From a virus, in the IMG/VR virus record IMGVR_UViG_3300037083_000054, positions 32,001 through 96,000 of that record: DNA of 64,000 nt, one strand, 5' to 3'. Made by a program: the position numbers and the translations under genes. How positions within the stretch are numbered: the stretch's first letter is position 1; the number at the start of each line of letters is the position of its first letter. Shown here one piece after another: positions 20,750 to 31,183 of this stretch. Below the pieces are notes generated by a model, which was not told the DNA's origin, did no database searches, and saw only the letters and a list, made by a program, of their open reading frames with translations.

Positions 20750-21258
20750 ACTTCACCGCCCTGGAGATTTAATCTATGCAACCGATCAGGATGCCTGTTA
20801 TTGCTCGGTATTGCAGACGTGACAGATATTCCCAGAACCAGTAAACATACCGCGATCCTTGCAGAGCAGACATTTCTGTCCCTTCCTTGTTTTGCTTGTT
20901 TGTGGAGTGTCAGTAGAGCGTCAAACCACATCCGAGCGAGTTGCTGGGGATAAAACGTAAGAGACAGTCATCAGGCCCCAACCTGATGACTTCTTTTTTT
21001 GGAGGACTCCAAAAACTCAATGGACGATTTCATATACAGGACCGTTTTCAAAAGCGAAAAAGATTCTTTCAATCTCACTTATCCGCCCATTCAACCTACG
21101 CAAATCCAAAAGCAGAAAAGAGACAAGGCCCCGCCAAGTTATCGATACTTGACGGGGCTCATTGTTTCAGAGTTATTCAGATGAGCAATCGCAGTTGCCA
21201 TGTGTGTTCGCGCGAACACTTTCTTGCGCGCGAACACTTTGTTCGCGTTTTGTTCGCG

Positions 21259-21957
21259 CTATGGGTTGTATCGACCGCGTGCTTTGAGCATGCGAAGGCT
21301 CGCCAGTAGTCGCTTGGCTTTAGTGTCGCTTCCTAATGTTTCTCCCGTAAATTCACGAGCGGTTTGATTTTGGCTTTTGCCGCTTCCCTTGTCAGAGTTC
21401 AATCGAATGGCGAGATCGCGAATATCAGGATTATCAGGAATTCCTTTCGGGAACATTTTGTGAGTGTTCGCGTCGATGGCGATCTTTTGTGCAGCCAACT
21501 CAATGCCAGCATTCAGAATGTCATCAATTGCTGAGGACGGAATTGGATGAAATGTATATCCATACCGATGAATGCGATGAGATTCGTAACATGCGACTGA
21601 TGACCGCACGACATGGCTGACCCAAGGTAATTTCAGAAGTTTGCGGAACAAATGCGCGAGACGTGACGTAGGATAGGAAACTATGATTTGCGAATGGATT
21701 GATCGCAGCAGACTCGCCATTGTCTGCAATGCGGGTATGTTCGCAATTGCTTCGGCAAGACTCGGCTCAGGATTTGTATTCAGAAGCCCTGAAAACAGAG
21801 ACGATTCCCCGGCAGTAGAATCCGCATCCAATTCTCGTTCGTCGTCCACGGTAAACAACCATTCTGCCATTTCTGGTGGATTGCCTTGTGGATGAAAATA
21901 CTGCCTTAGGTGAACGGCCAATTGATGCAACTCTCCGACCAGAATATCTGCCGTCAT
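21259..21957 (-). CDS. hypothetical protein, possible C-terminal HTH
   Basis: 232-aa ORF. Confidence 0.55.
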   Translation of the reverse strand: MTADILVGELHQLAVHLRQYFHPQGNPPEMAEWLFTVDDERELDADSTAGESSLFSGLLNTNPEPSLAEAIANIPALQTMASLLRSIHSQIIVSYPTSRLAHLFRKLLKLPWVSHVVRSSVACYESHRIHRYGYTFHPIPSSAIDDILNAGIELAAQKIAIDANTHKMFPKGIPDNPDIRDLAIRLNSDKGSGKSQNQTAREFTGETLGSDTKAKRLLASLRMLKARGRYNP

Positions 21958-22431
21958 TGCGCTGCCCGATCATGCCTCAACCTTGATAATAAGCCATATG
22001 GAAAATCTTCATTATCAATATTGTGATTTGAATTAGACTGCGAAAGCAAACGATCGTCTCTCTGTCGAAAGCATTGTTTCCCAAGATTGAGAATATCACA
22101 TTGTGATTTATCTCGGTCTCGTCGTCATCGCCTTGAATCCTGCTCCGCCGAAGCGGTAGTCTGCTGTCGATTGAGAGAGTTCGTTTAGTGATTAGGAGTT
22201 TTGACGTGTGGCCGATTTGGTCACTAATGACATTGTGAATTGACGCGTGTGCGTCTCTGCTTCGCCGAAAATCCGCCAACTTGGACCGCCTATGGTTCTT
22301 GAAATGGAAGCAGTGCTTCGACCGCGCTCCCGCAAGGGAGCGTCGGCGTGGTGCTGTTCCGTTTCATCCCTTGGCGGGGATTCGGCGAGCGGTCCTGTCG
22401 ACGCTCTTTTTCGTTTTCGGGGGCCAGATCA

Positions 22432-23952
22432 ATGCAACGATTTGAATGGACCTGTCCAGGATGCCAGAAGAAATTCAGTGTTCCCACACTTGAAGGGTTG
22501 ACCCTGTGTCCTGCCTGTCAGCCGTTCAAGCTTGATACGTCTCAGTCGCCACCGAGCATTAAGCGTGTTCAGAAAAAACAAACCACTTCCCTGCTTGCTT
22601 TGACTTCCTGTGTGATTTTAATCCCTGTCATTATTTGGCAATGGCATCACCTGATTTCATCAGGGAAACTCGCTGAGATTGCTGCGATTTTCCCCGCAGA
22701 AGACATCGGGAAATCTCCGGTTCGAAAATGGCTGAAAGACAATCTCGATGATGGGTCTTGGGAAGAAGTGAAATGGTGGCCAACGATTCCCACTCAAACA
22801 CTCTATAACGCCAATGCTCTGCGACTGCTGGAACATATCGAGGAACAAAAGAGTCGATTCGAGAGAGGTCTTCCAACAAAGCATGACGCTCTTGCCCATT
22901 GCAAAGCTCAATTAGACGCATTTCAAGTAGCTGGAGTTCGTCATTTTTGTGCCATCAAATTTCGAACAAAAAGCCCCTTTGGAGGAATGGTTCTTCAGAC
23001 GCGAACATTTGAAATTCGTGAAAGAGAGGCCATCCCACTGAAAGCCGATCGGATTGTGGAGCAGGATATTCGCGATGCGGAAGTCATCACTCATGATGTT
23101 TGGGATTTTCTCAATAACTCTGAATACGACCCTTCGCCGCAGCCGTTCCCCTTGAAAATCACTGAACGGATTCGCACGGCCCTTGTCTGGAAGAAGCCGA
23201 AAAAGAAAGAAGCAAAAGAGGAAAATCCGGAGCCAATCGTTCAGCAGGAGCGAAACATTCGCCCGCGCCCGATGCAAGTCCAAATGCCAGTTGAACAAAT
23301 TGAAATTCCTGAACGGAAGCCACATCAAATCGTCAAAAACGACCCGCCAATGGAGAAGCCACCGGAACTACAAAGTGGTGTTCCGAAGAAGGTTCGCGAA
23401 TATTTCGAACGAAGCAATGAATTGAAAAACAAACAAAAAGAATTGGAGTCTCAGAGCGACAAACTGGAGTCCGCAATCAAAGGGGCAGCACCCGCGAGCA
23501 AAAATATTTTGCGTGACAAGCTGACGACAGTCAATAAATCATTAGTGGAACTCAAAAAGTTGAAGTTCATACCATTCATGCCGTCGTCGCCGGAATTCGG
23601 CGATATTGGTTCGTTCAGGGCAATTGAAGTGCGGGCAATCTTTAACGATGAAACCGCCATTATCGCATGGTCCCCGAACGGATATTCACCAAATGGCGAA
23701 TTATTGAATCCGATCTATCACTTGGTTGTCACACCAATTGACGCGAAGCAGGCGAAAGTTGGTAAATCGGCTGTGAATACCGATCTCTTCCGAATCACGG
23801 CAAGTCGCGAAGTTCCTCTGCCTATTATGAATGATGACATGGTTAAAGCCGTCTATGATGCGCCTCTCATGTTCGTGGCCGAACCGGTCAAGAAATACGA
23901 GATCGAACAATATCGCGAACAGTACCAAAAAGAAAACACTAAAAAGAAATAG
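22432..23952 (+). CDS. Zn-ribbon + TM protein with large extracytoplasmic domain
   Basis: WTCPGC..CPAC and a TM helix; start reassigned to ATG 22432. Confidence 0.7.
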   Translation: MQRFEWTCPGCQKKFSVPTLEGLTLCPACQPFKLDTSQSPPSIKRVQKKQTTSLLALTSCVILIPVIIWQWHHLISSGKLAEIAAIFPAEDIGKSPVRKWLKDNLDDGSWEEVKWWPTIPTQTLYNANALRLLEHIEEQKSRFERGLPTKHDALAHCKAQLDAFQVAGVRHFCAIKFRTKSPFGGMVLQTRTFEIREREAIPLKADRIVEQDIRDAEVITHDVWDFLNNSEYDPSPQPFPLKITERIRTALVWKKPKKKEAKEENPEPIVQQERNIRPRPMQVQMPVEQIEIPERKPHQIVKNDPPMEKPPELQSGVPKKVREYFERSNELKNKQKELESQSDKLESAIKGAAPASKNILRDKLTTVNKSLVELKKLKFIPFMPSSPEFGDIGSFRAIEVRAIFNDETAIIAWSPNGYSPNGELLNPIYHLVVTPIDAKQAKVGKSAVNTDLFRITASREVPLPIMNDDMVKAVYDAPLMFVAEPVKKYEIEQYREQYQKENTKKK

Positions 23953-24001
23953 CACGTTTGTGATATTGGCAAGAGATTGCAAGTTTTCCGAAATGATTCA
24001 C

Positions 24002-24121
24002 AATGCAAAACGCCAGCAACGGAAATTGCTGGCGTTGTTTGTTCTCGTTGGGAGAACCGTGCCGAAATGGTGTCAGCATGGTAACGACTCCCGATTTGTT
24101 TTCAAGATGGGAGTCGCATCA
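24002..24121 (+). ncRNA. conserved structured element, copy C
   Basis: Same four stems as copies A and B. Confidence 0.65.
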
Positions 24122-24475
24122 ATGTTTCTGGTCATCGACAAAAACGATCACTTCATATTCCTTCAAGCCGACCCGAGCATGGAGGAGAATTTTCATCTGA
24201 CTGTCGTGAAAGATGTAGAAATTAGGTGGGATATGAAACCATACGGAAATGGATTGTGGCCAGACTCTACCGAACGATCAGTTCGAATGGGAGAAACCGG
24301 ACAGAATCCCAACAATCGAAAGCAATATCGTTATTTCAAGTGTCGCGATGATTTAATTGCGGCTGGATATGAAATGGTTGATAAAACTCACGCGATCAAG
24401 GAACCTCCACGTGAAGCGGCTTCGTGGTCGGAATATCTGAAACAATGCGAACAGCGGGGTGAGTCCACCACATAA
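24122..24475 (+). CDS. hypothetical protein
   Basis: GGGAG RBS within the element; MFLVIDKNDH. Confidence 0.6.
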   Translation: MFLVIDKNDHFIFLQADPSMEENFHLTVVKDVEIRWDMKPYGNGLWPDSTERSVRMGETGQNPNNRKQYRYFKCRDDLIAAGYEMVDKTHAIKEPPREAASWSEYLKQCEQRGESTT

Positions 24476-24720
24476 TTGTGACTTCAGTTCCGTCTCGCTC
24501 AAAAACGAACCCCCAATCGGCAATTTTTTTTGGTGACCCGTGAGCATTAATAGCGGTAAGTTGCACGCGGTCGTCTGCGAACAGGTCGACGAGACTCTGA
24601 ATCAGTTCCATAACTTTCGGCTTATTCCGATTGACGCCTGTTTCACCCATGACATTTCATTCCTTTTTCAAATCGTATATATCATAAAATCGCCATTTTT
24701 CAGGCCCAATTCCTTATCCT

Positions 24721-24806
24721 AGTGCCATTCTAGATTCGAACTACCATGAATCTTTCGATCCGCAGAATTTTAAGTTCTGTGCGTTTGCCAGTTTCGCCAC
24801 GCATTC
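24721..24806 (-). tRNA. tRNA-Leu(TAA)-like pseudogene
   Basis: D arm, CAGAA-CTTAAAA-TTCTG anticodon arm, long variable arm, GTTCGAAT; acceptor stem does not pair. Confidence 0.6.
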
Positions 24807-24810
24807 AAAA

Positions 24811-24879
24811 TGGATGATGTAGGATTCGAACCCACGCCGCAGGATTTACATCCCCGTTCTACCGCTGAACTAATCATCC
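24811..24879 (-). tRNA. tRNA-Tyr(GTA)-like, atypical
   Basis: Perfect acceptor GGATGAT/ATCATCC, D and T arms; about 1 nt short around the anticodon arm; short variable loop. Confidence 0.65.
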
Positions 24880-24975
24880 GTCGGCAGTTCTCTCAATCAT
24901 CATCTCGAAGGCAAATGACAACGCCAGATACACACTGCCAATCTCTCTGGCTCTCTCACGGTTTGTTCAATTCAG

Positions 24976-25129
24976 TTGTCACGGCAGGATTCGAACCTGC
25001 ATCACGCTTAGTCCACGGTCCGCATACGCGGTTACGCTGCTGCTCTCGCTGTGATTTAGGCAGGTCCGCCTTGGATTGAGCATCACCAAAGTTATCCCGC
25101 CGCGTCTCTACCAGTTCCGCCACATGACA
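24976..25129 (-). ncRNA. tRNA-like RNA with large insert
   Basis: Acceptor TGTCATG/CGTGACA, D arm, T arm GCAGG-TTCGAAT-CCTGC; about 100 nt between the D and T arms. Confidence 0.65.
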
Positions 25130-25165
25130 ACGGATGCCGTTTTCCATCGACTCATTTTCCGGCTG

Positions 25166-25441
25166 TCACAACAGTTGACGATTGCCCACTTCAATGACTT
25201 GTTCAGCGATCGCCTTACCGCCGCCAAATACGAAGCCCCCAAGTTCTCTGCCAGCATCGGGCCGACTATTGAAGACACGACTGAGAATGATTCCGCACAA
25301 TTCGAGTAATTCATGACAAGCCCGCAATTCCGTGGCACTGAGCGGGACATGATCGTCTTGAGCGATGAGATGTTCAATGACGTCATCGCATTCGCGAAGC
25401 TTACTAAGCGTTCCGCGAAATCGCCAGTTGTCATGATGCAT
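25166..25441 (-). CDS. hypothetical protein
   Basis: AAGGAG RBS before MHHDNW. Confidence 0.5.
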   Translation of the reverse strand: MHHDNWRFRGTLSKLRECDDVIEHLIAQDDHVPLSATELRACHELLELCGIILSRVFNSRPDAGRELGGFVFGGGKAIAEQVIEVGNRQLL

Positions 25442-25757
25442 TCTGAGTCTCCTTTGGGGCAGGCGATCCCGGCTTCTCTCGCGGCGAAATGCCGAGTCTC
25501 CGCAGCCGATCATTCAATGTTCTCGGAGCAATCGCCAATTGACGACACATTTCCATTCGATTCCCGCCGCACCGATGATATGCCGATCGAATCGCGGCAT
25601 CTTCGAGTTCCTGCAATGTTGCGGTCGGATTTCCGAGCATCGCTTGATCCTGAAGGAACTCAATCTCTCGCAGTAAATCCAAGATAGTCAACGACTTCGT
25701 ATCACTTGAAGCACTATGCGTGAATCGAATATGCTCGATTATTTCCTTTGTCATCAT
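25431..25757 (-). CDS. Fis-type HTH protein
   Basis: LQELEDAAIRSAY..CGGNR...RQLAIAPRTL..RLRRLGI. Confidence 0.8.
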   Translation of the reverse strand: MMTKEIIEHIRFTHSASSDTKSLTILDLLREIEFLQDQAMLGNPTATLQELEDAAIRSAYHRCGGNRMEMCRQLAIAPRTLNDRLRRLGISPREKPGSPAPKETQNAS

Positions 25758-26215
25758 CGCGTTGTTCCTCCCTGAAACGTGAAAGTTGAATAATATCCGG
25801 GTTCTCGCCGTTAATGGGGGCAAAGTCCTCCACGACCGGCAGGTTCACCACCGCTATCATCAGCCAAAGACACCCGAACATTGCAATGAACACAACGACG
25901 GAAAGCAGGATTTCGGCAGTCATTATGCCAAACATTTTGGACTCCTTTGCGAGTGAGAATAAATCAATGGTTGATTTATCGGCGATTCAGTCATTCCGCA
26001 TCAGGCATTTCCTTCTGACGGGCAACCCAACTGGGAATCTCGCCCAAACTGGGCATGCATTAATTTAAACGACCGAAACCGCTTAGCGGATCATGAAAAT
26101 CTCTCATCTTTCGCAAAGTTTTTGTTTCTTGTATGCTTCATAGTTCTTATCGGCCCAGTGAAAACGAGTCGCGAATATGCCTTCTGGTGTGCTTGCGACT
26201 TTCGCCTTTTAATGG

Positions 26216-27904
26216 ATGCATGAAATGGATCTGGCCTCGAACCCGTATCTGTCTGGAATCAAAGTGCTCCAACGGAATTCCGATGGCGGAAACGATTGGG
26301 TCGCACCAAATTCGGGTCGATATCCGGTTTCGCACGTCACTACGTTTATGAATCAATACACCTCTCTCGCCCATGTTTACAGGGATTATGATGAAAGTTT
26401 GATCGATAGTCGTGAAAATGCCCGCTTCATGATGTTAAATTTGGGCATAAGGGAATGCCTCGACTCGAGGCGTCGTAGTGTCGCCCTTCTCAATTACCAC
26501 ATTGCTCCTGAAGACGACAAATCACCGCATCAAATCGAGTTTTGCCAACTCCTCGAAAAAGTCGTGAACAGGATCAAGAATTTTCAACAATATCGCGAGA
26601 GCATGCAGTTCGGAATTTGGTTCGGAAAACAAGGTTGCTGGCATCGCTTTTTGCCGCAAGTGTTTAATGGGAAAAGCATTTATGTGCCAAAAGGCCTCCA
26701 TCCAGACGACAATGGTTGGCGACCGCTTCATGGCGACAAGATTGTGTTTCGTCAATCGCGTCCTCTTATGGTCCCCGGTGCGTATGAAGGACAAATGGGG
26801 GTCCGTGTTGGATGGCTAGGCCATCAGCCTGGACAGGTTGTTAACCAACGATGGCGACTCGAAGCGACCGATTACGGTCTTGCCTATTTCCTTAATCCTG
26901 CCGAACGTCGATTGATGCTCATACATAAGCATCACCCATATGATGCCTCATTCGAAGACGGCTTACGAGCCGGGTCAATTCATGGCCTCGGAATTCGTTC
27001 GATTGTTTATTGGGAGTGGAAGCAAGCGACAGAAATTCAAGCGTTTCTTGTGGAATATCTTGAACGAATGGCGGGCGGCATTCAGATTTGGAAGTATCCA
27101 ATGGGGAATCGCCAAGCCGAAGCGAAAGCTCGGGAGGCGGCTGAGAACTATAACAGCGGACACGAACACATCATGCTTGTCCCAGTGCCCATCGGTGAAG
27201 CGGGCAATCAGTATGGTGTCGATGTCGTCGAGCCTGGATTCCAAGGCATTGAGACGATCCAGCACTTGATCAAGGATTACTTCAACGATCGCGTCAAGCG
27301 GTACATCTTGGGCCAGAAACTGAGTTCCGAAGCCGAAGCAACGGGCATGGGTTCCGGCGTCGCCGAGCTGCATATGGACACGCTGTTGCAGATCATCAAG
27401 AGCGATGCGACGGCCCATGAAGAAACGCTGACCGACGAATTGCTCGGGGCGATTATCAAGGTCAATGTCGACAAAAAGGTCTGGCATGATCCGGGATTCC
27501 GACCGCGATTCGTGTGCGAGACGGAAGAATCGGACATTGACAAGAAGTCGGAAGTCGTCTTGGCGTTCATGGGGCAGGGGATTAAGTTCCGCCTGCCTGA
27601 TATTTACGATTTGGTAGGGATGGCTCAGCCAGGACCGGACGACGAAGTCAATCCTGATGCTCCGCAGGGAGCGAAACCGGGTGAAGCGGGCTTGCCAAAA
27701 CCCGATGCGAAAACGAAAGAATCGGGTGATCCAAAGTCGCCTTCCGAGCGTTCTGAAAGCATAAAGGACGGCGAGGACTCGACCGCTCGTGACGATAATG
27801 CGGCGAATAACGGACATGCCGCGTCGCATATCCAAAGGTATAGTCGTCGGTTGCCGTTCTCCGTTCCGTCTGGTTGGAAACGACGACCGAAAACAGGGAA
27901 ATAA
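26216..27904 (+). CDS. portal protein (DUF935 / Mu gp29-like)
   Basis: GLG...YW, YILGQKLSS...GSGVAELH...IIKSDA, PRFV. Confidence 0.8.
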   Translation: MHEMDLASNPYLSGIKVLQRNSDGGNDWVAPNSGRYPVSHVTTFMNQYTSLAHVYRDYDESLIDSRENARFMMLNLGIRECLDSRRRSVALLNYHIAPEDDKSPHQIEFCQLLEKVVNRIKNFQQYRESMQFGIWFGKQGCWHRFLPQVFNGKSIYVPKGLHPDDNGWRPLHGDKIVFRQSRPLMVPGAYEGQMGVRVGWLGHQPGQVVNQRWRLEATDYGLAYFLNPAERRLMLIHKHHPYDASFEDGLRAGSIHGLGIRSIVYWEWKQATEIQAFLVEYLERMAGGIQIWKYPMGNRQAEAKAREAAENYNSGHEHIMLVPVPIGEAGNQYGVDVVEPGFQGIETIQHLIKDYFNDRVKRYILGQKLSSEAEATGMGSGVAELHMDTLLQIIKSDATAHEETLTDELLGAIIKVNVDKKVWHDPGFRPRFVCETEESDIDKKSEVVLAFMGQGIKFRLPDIYDLVGMAQPGPDDEVNPDAPQGAKPGEAGLPKPDAKTKESGDPKSPSERSESIKDGEDSTARDDNAANNGHAASHIQRYSRRLPFSVPSGWKRRPKTGK

Positions 27905-27906
27905 TC

Positions 27907-28377
27907 ATGGATTTGATCGACCGCATTAGCCGAGCTAAATCAAACGACGATGTCGATCGCTATTCATTTGAGGAATCGAAACATCCTCGCGGCGACGGCG
28001 GAAAGTGGTCTGGAGTCGATCATGCCGCAAAAGCGGTCGAACACTCCAAGTCGGCAATGGATCGTCCGGCGAACTCAAAAGGCGACCCGAAGATTGTTGC
28101 GGGCTGGGCACACGAAGCGTCTGAGGATGCTCACGAGGCCACAAAATCGGCCACAGATGCCAAGTCCCATGAGAAAGCGGCAGCGGCTCACAAGTCAGCC
28201 GCGAGACTCCATGCTTCGAACGCCAAGTTTCATTATTACCATACAAATCCGATGTTGCATGAGGCTGCCGAAGATCACGAGAAGGCGGCTGACATCCATA
28301 GGACACTTCAGCAAAAGCACTCGGAAATGGCTGGCGGTCCGAAGATGGACAAGTTCGCAAACCGGACACTTTCATAG
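27907..28377 (+). CDS. putative internal head protein, His-rich helical
   Basis: Leader DRYSF + ESKHPRGDGGKW; HxxAAxxH repeats. Confidence 0.6.
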   Translation: MDLIDRISRAKSNDDVDRYSFEESKHPRGDGGKWSGVDHAAKAVEHSKSAMDRPANSKGDPKIVAGWAHEASEDAHEATKSATDAKSHEKAAAAHKSAARLHASNAKFHYYHTNPMLHEAAEDHEKAADIHRTLQQKHSEMAGGPKMDKFANRTLS

Positions 28378-28396
28378 TCGATAAGGAATGTGAATC

Positions 28397-28918
28397 ATGG
28401 AACTGACAGACCGCATCAATCAAGCTCGATCGCAGTACGAAGTCGATCGCTATTCCTTCAACCCTGATCAGAAGCGGGACGAATCCGGGAAATGGTCAAA
28501 ATCCGAAGATGAATCGAACAGCGATTATCACAAAGCTCGCGACGAGGCAACTGAAGCCACTCGTGTATCTCATGTGCAGACGAAGGACGCCGTTACCTAT
28601 GCTCCGTGGCGATTCACAACCAAAGTTCTGTCGCCATCTATGCAAGAGGCTCTCGAAAAGCAGCGGTCAAACAAACCTGCCTATGAGTTTTCCTCGAACG
28701 CAATTGAAATGGCAAAGCGTGGTTATCACGGAATCGCGAGCGAGTTTCATCAAGCCGCCGCAGAAGACCATCAAAAAGCGATTGATGAACATCCTTGGGG
28801 CCGCGAGAAAGAACGCCATCATCTTGCGAAAAATGGCCATCTCGAAGCGTCCGAACTTCATCTCAAAGCACACGCCTTGCAGAAAAAGCGTGCGGCGGAC
28901 GATCGGCCTTCCGAGTAA
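28397..28918 (+). CDS. putative internal head protein, His-rich helical
   Basis: Leader DRYSF + QKRDESGKW; HxxAxxxH repeats. Confidence 0.6.
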   Translation: MELTDRINQARSQYEVDRYSFNPDQKRDESGKWSKSEDESNSDYHKARDEATEATRVSHVQTKDAVTYAPWRFTTKVLSPSMQEALEKQRSNKPAYEFSSNAIEMAKRGYHGIASEFHQAAAEDHQKAIDEHPWGREKERHHLAKNGHLEASELHLKAHALQKKRAADDRPSE

Positions 28919-28987
28919 TAAATTTCGCCTGATTGGTATGTCTGGAAAATAACACGCTTATTTATTTCGTTCAGGAATTTACGGCAA

Positions 28988-30838
28988 ATGAGCACAATCC
29001 GAGAGCGAATTCGTGGTGCGGTTGACTTGTATTCTTTTAATACAAACGAGAAGCGTGATGCTGATGGAAGATGGGCTTCCAGCGGCGATGCTCATTCGGA
29101 AGCCGAGCGAGCGAATTCCGTGTTCAGGAAGCATGAGCAACCGACCGCTTCTGCGTCCGTTGACGAGGATGGTTCGTACAAGGTCGAGCATCCCACGCAT
29201 GGGGAATTGACTTCGAACGAGATTGATAACCTGCATTCCGCCGCATCGGATGTCGATCGAGCCAACAAAGTGCTCTCGAAGCACGGCCATGAACCTCTGG
29301 CGACAATCGGCGACGACATGCAGACAACGCACGATCCTGACAACCTCGAAGATGCGAGCGATGAGGTCAAGCGAGCCAATAAGGTCTTCGAAAAGCACGG
29401 ACTGCCGGATCGAGCGAATCTGGAAAATGTGAGTGGTATGTTCGGCGATTACAACTCGTCAGTGGACGCCGACGAACTTGAGCAAGCCGACGCGGATCAC
29501 GAGAAGGTCAAGAGGATCTTCGAAAAGCACGGGATTGACCCAAAGCATTCCAGCATCACAAACGCGAACGGTTCGTGGGAGTCAAAACACAATCTCGACG
29601 ATATTGAGTCCCTGCATCAGGACATTTCGCGGGCCAACAAACGATTGGAAGCGATTGGGTTGAAACCGAATCTGAAGATGGCGATTCAGTTGGGGGAAGC
29701 TTACTCGCCGCATGATCTGGATGAAATCAATGACGCGATCGACGTTCTGAAGAAGTTCCGAGACAAGGAACGATATTCACGCCGCGAGGATCTATCGTCG
29801 ATTGTGCGGGCCAAATACGTTCTGCGGGATTTCGCGATTGACCGCTATGCCGAAGGTCACTGGATTACAGTTGAGCCATCTGGGACGCATATTGAGCTTG
29901 ATGGCAAAGGAAACGTTCTCAAAGGTCCGAACATCAATAAAAGTCCACACGGAACGCTTCCGCCTCCTGCTAAACCAAAAGTTAAGACTCCTATTCAAGA
30001 TCCAATGTTGCGAGGAACAACGCCGCTTCCGCCTCCTGCTAATAAGAAATTGCCGCCAGTTCCCGGACAAGAACCGCCATCCGCTCCATCATGGTTCAAA
30101 GGCGGCAAGAAAAGCGAAGTTTCCGCTCCCGGAAGCATGACTCATCGTTTGCGATCGGCAATGGAAAATCATGTTCACTCAGTTGTCCAGCCGAAGAAGG
30201 ATGAACACTTTGCGGAACATGCCCCCGAAGAAAAGGCAGCCTCCCAAATGACTCCCGATGAGCATCTCCGCAAAACCGTGGAAGACATCAAAAAGCGACT
30301 TGCCGCAAGCGTGAAGCAAGCGGTTGCCTCGCCATCAGCCGAGAAGCCCAAGCCGAAAAAGCTGACGGCCCAGATTGATCCGGAAACGACGAAAGCGGCC
30401 TTTGCTCCGAAAGCCAAACCGGAAAAGAAACCGGAGATGCCGAAACCGCAGTCGGTCGCTCCTGCCGCTCCAACTCCGCATACCGATTTCTCGCAAGATC
30501 GACTCGCTGTCAATCGAGCGAAATCAACAGGCGATACAGAACAAGCGAAACAACTTCAGTCCGTCTTGACGAACAAAATCGCAGCGGCAATGGGAATCGT
30601 TCAGACGTCAGCGAGTGCCATCAATGACTTTGAAGCACGGCTGCGGAATGGGGTCGCGAACTACGCGAAACGCAAGTCAGCGGTTGGCCAATTGGATCTG
30701 TTTTCCGGCGAGACTCGATCATCATCCAAAACACAATCGCACTTGGATTGGGACGAGAGTAAGCATCATCGGGGGCTTTGCCCATTTAATGGCACTTGCC
30801 CGAATAATGAAAGGTCTGCCCGTTTAATCGGTGCATGA
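28988..30838 (+). pseudogene. multi-domain (polyvalent-like) head-associated protein truncated by element B
   Basis: DLYSF + KRDADGRW leader, five RANKV.EKHG-type repeats, WITV..GTHIELD motif; runs into the TIR at DWDESKHHRG. Confidence 0.65.
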
Positions 30839-30847
30839 AAAATTATC

Positions 30848-31183
30848 ATGGCCATGAAGCCTGAAGAACTATTCAATTTAGCCGTCACAGACAAGTTTCC
30901 CGACTATTTCCATCCAGGGCAAGGCGATTTGGTGCCAGACGATCTTCTGTCGGCCATGATTGTCCGCTGTGGCGCTCCAGATCTGGGCGGAAAAACGAAC
31001 AGTGCGCTTGAGGGTGGTGGGCTGGTGATCGATTACATTCCAAAAGGAATGCTTGGCGTCAAGCGGCTTGTGCTGAGTTTAAATGATTTGGGAATCAATG
31101 TTGTTATGTGTGATCACCTTCCAGAAGATAATGAGACCATTGTGGATTCAGTTCCACTAAATACCGCCGAACAGCATTCTTGA
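30848..31183 (+). CDS. passenger hypothetical protein
   Basis: 111-aa ORF inside the element. Confidence 0.5.
   Translation: MAMKPEELFNLAVTDKFPDYFHPGQGDLVPDDLLSAMIVRCGAPDLGGKTNSALEGGGLVIDYIPKGMLGVKRLVLSLNDLGINVVMCDHLPEDNETIVDSVPLNTAEQHS

Noticed and set aside
24976-25129. tmRNA
   Set aside because: Too short, retains a D stem, and lacks the G3-U70 alanine determinant.
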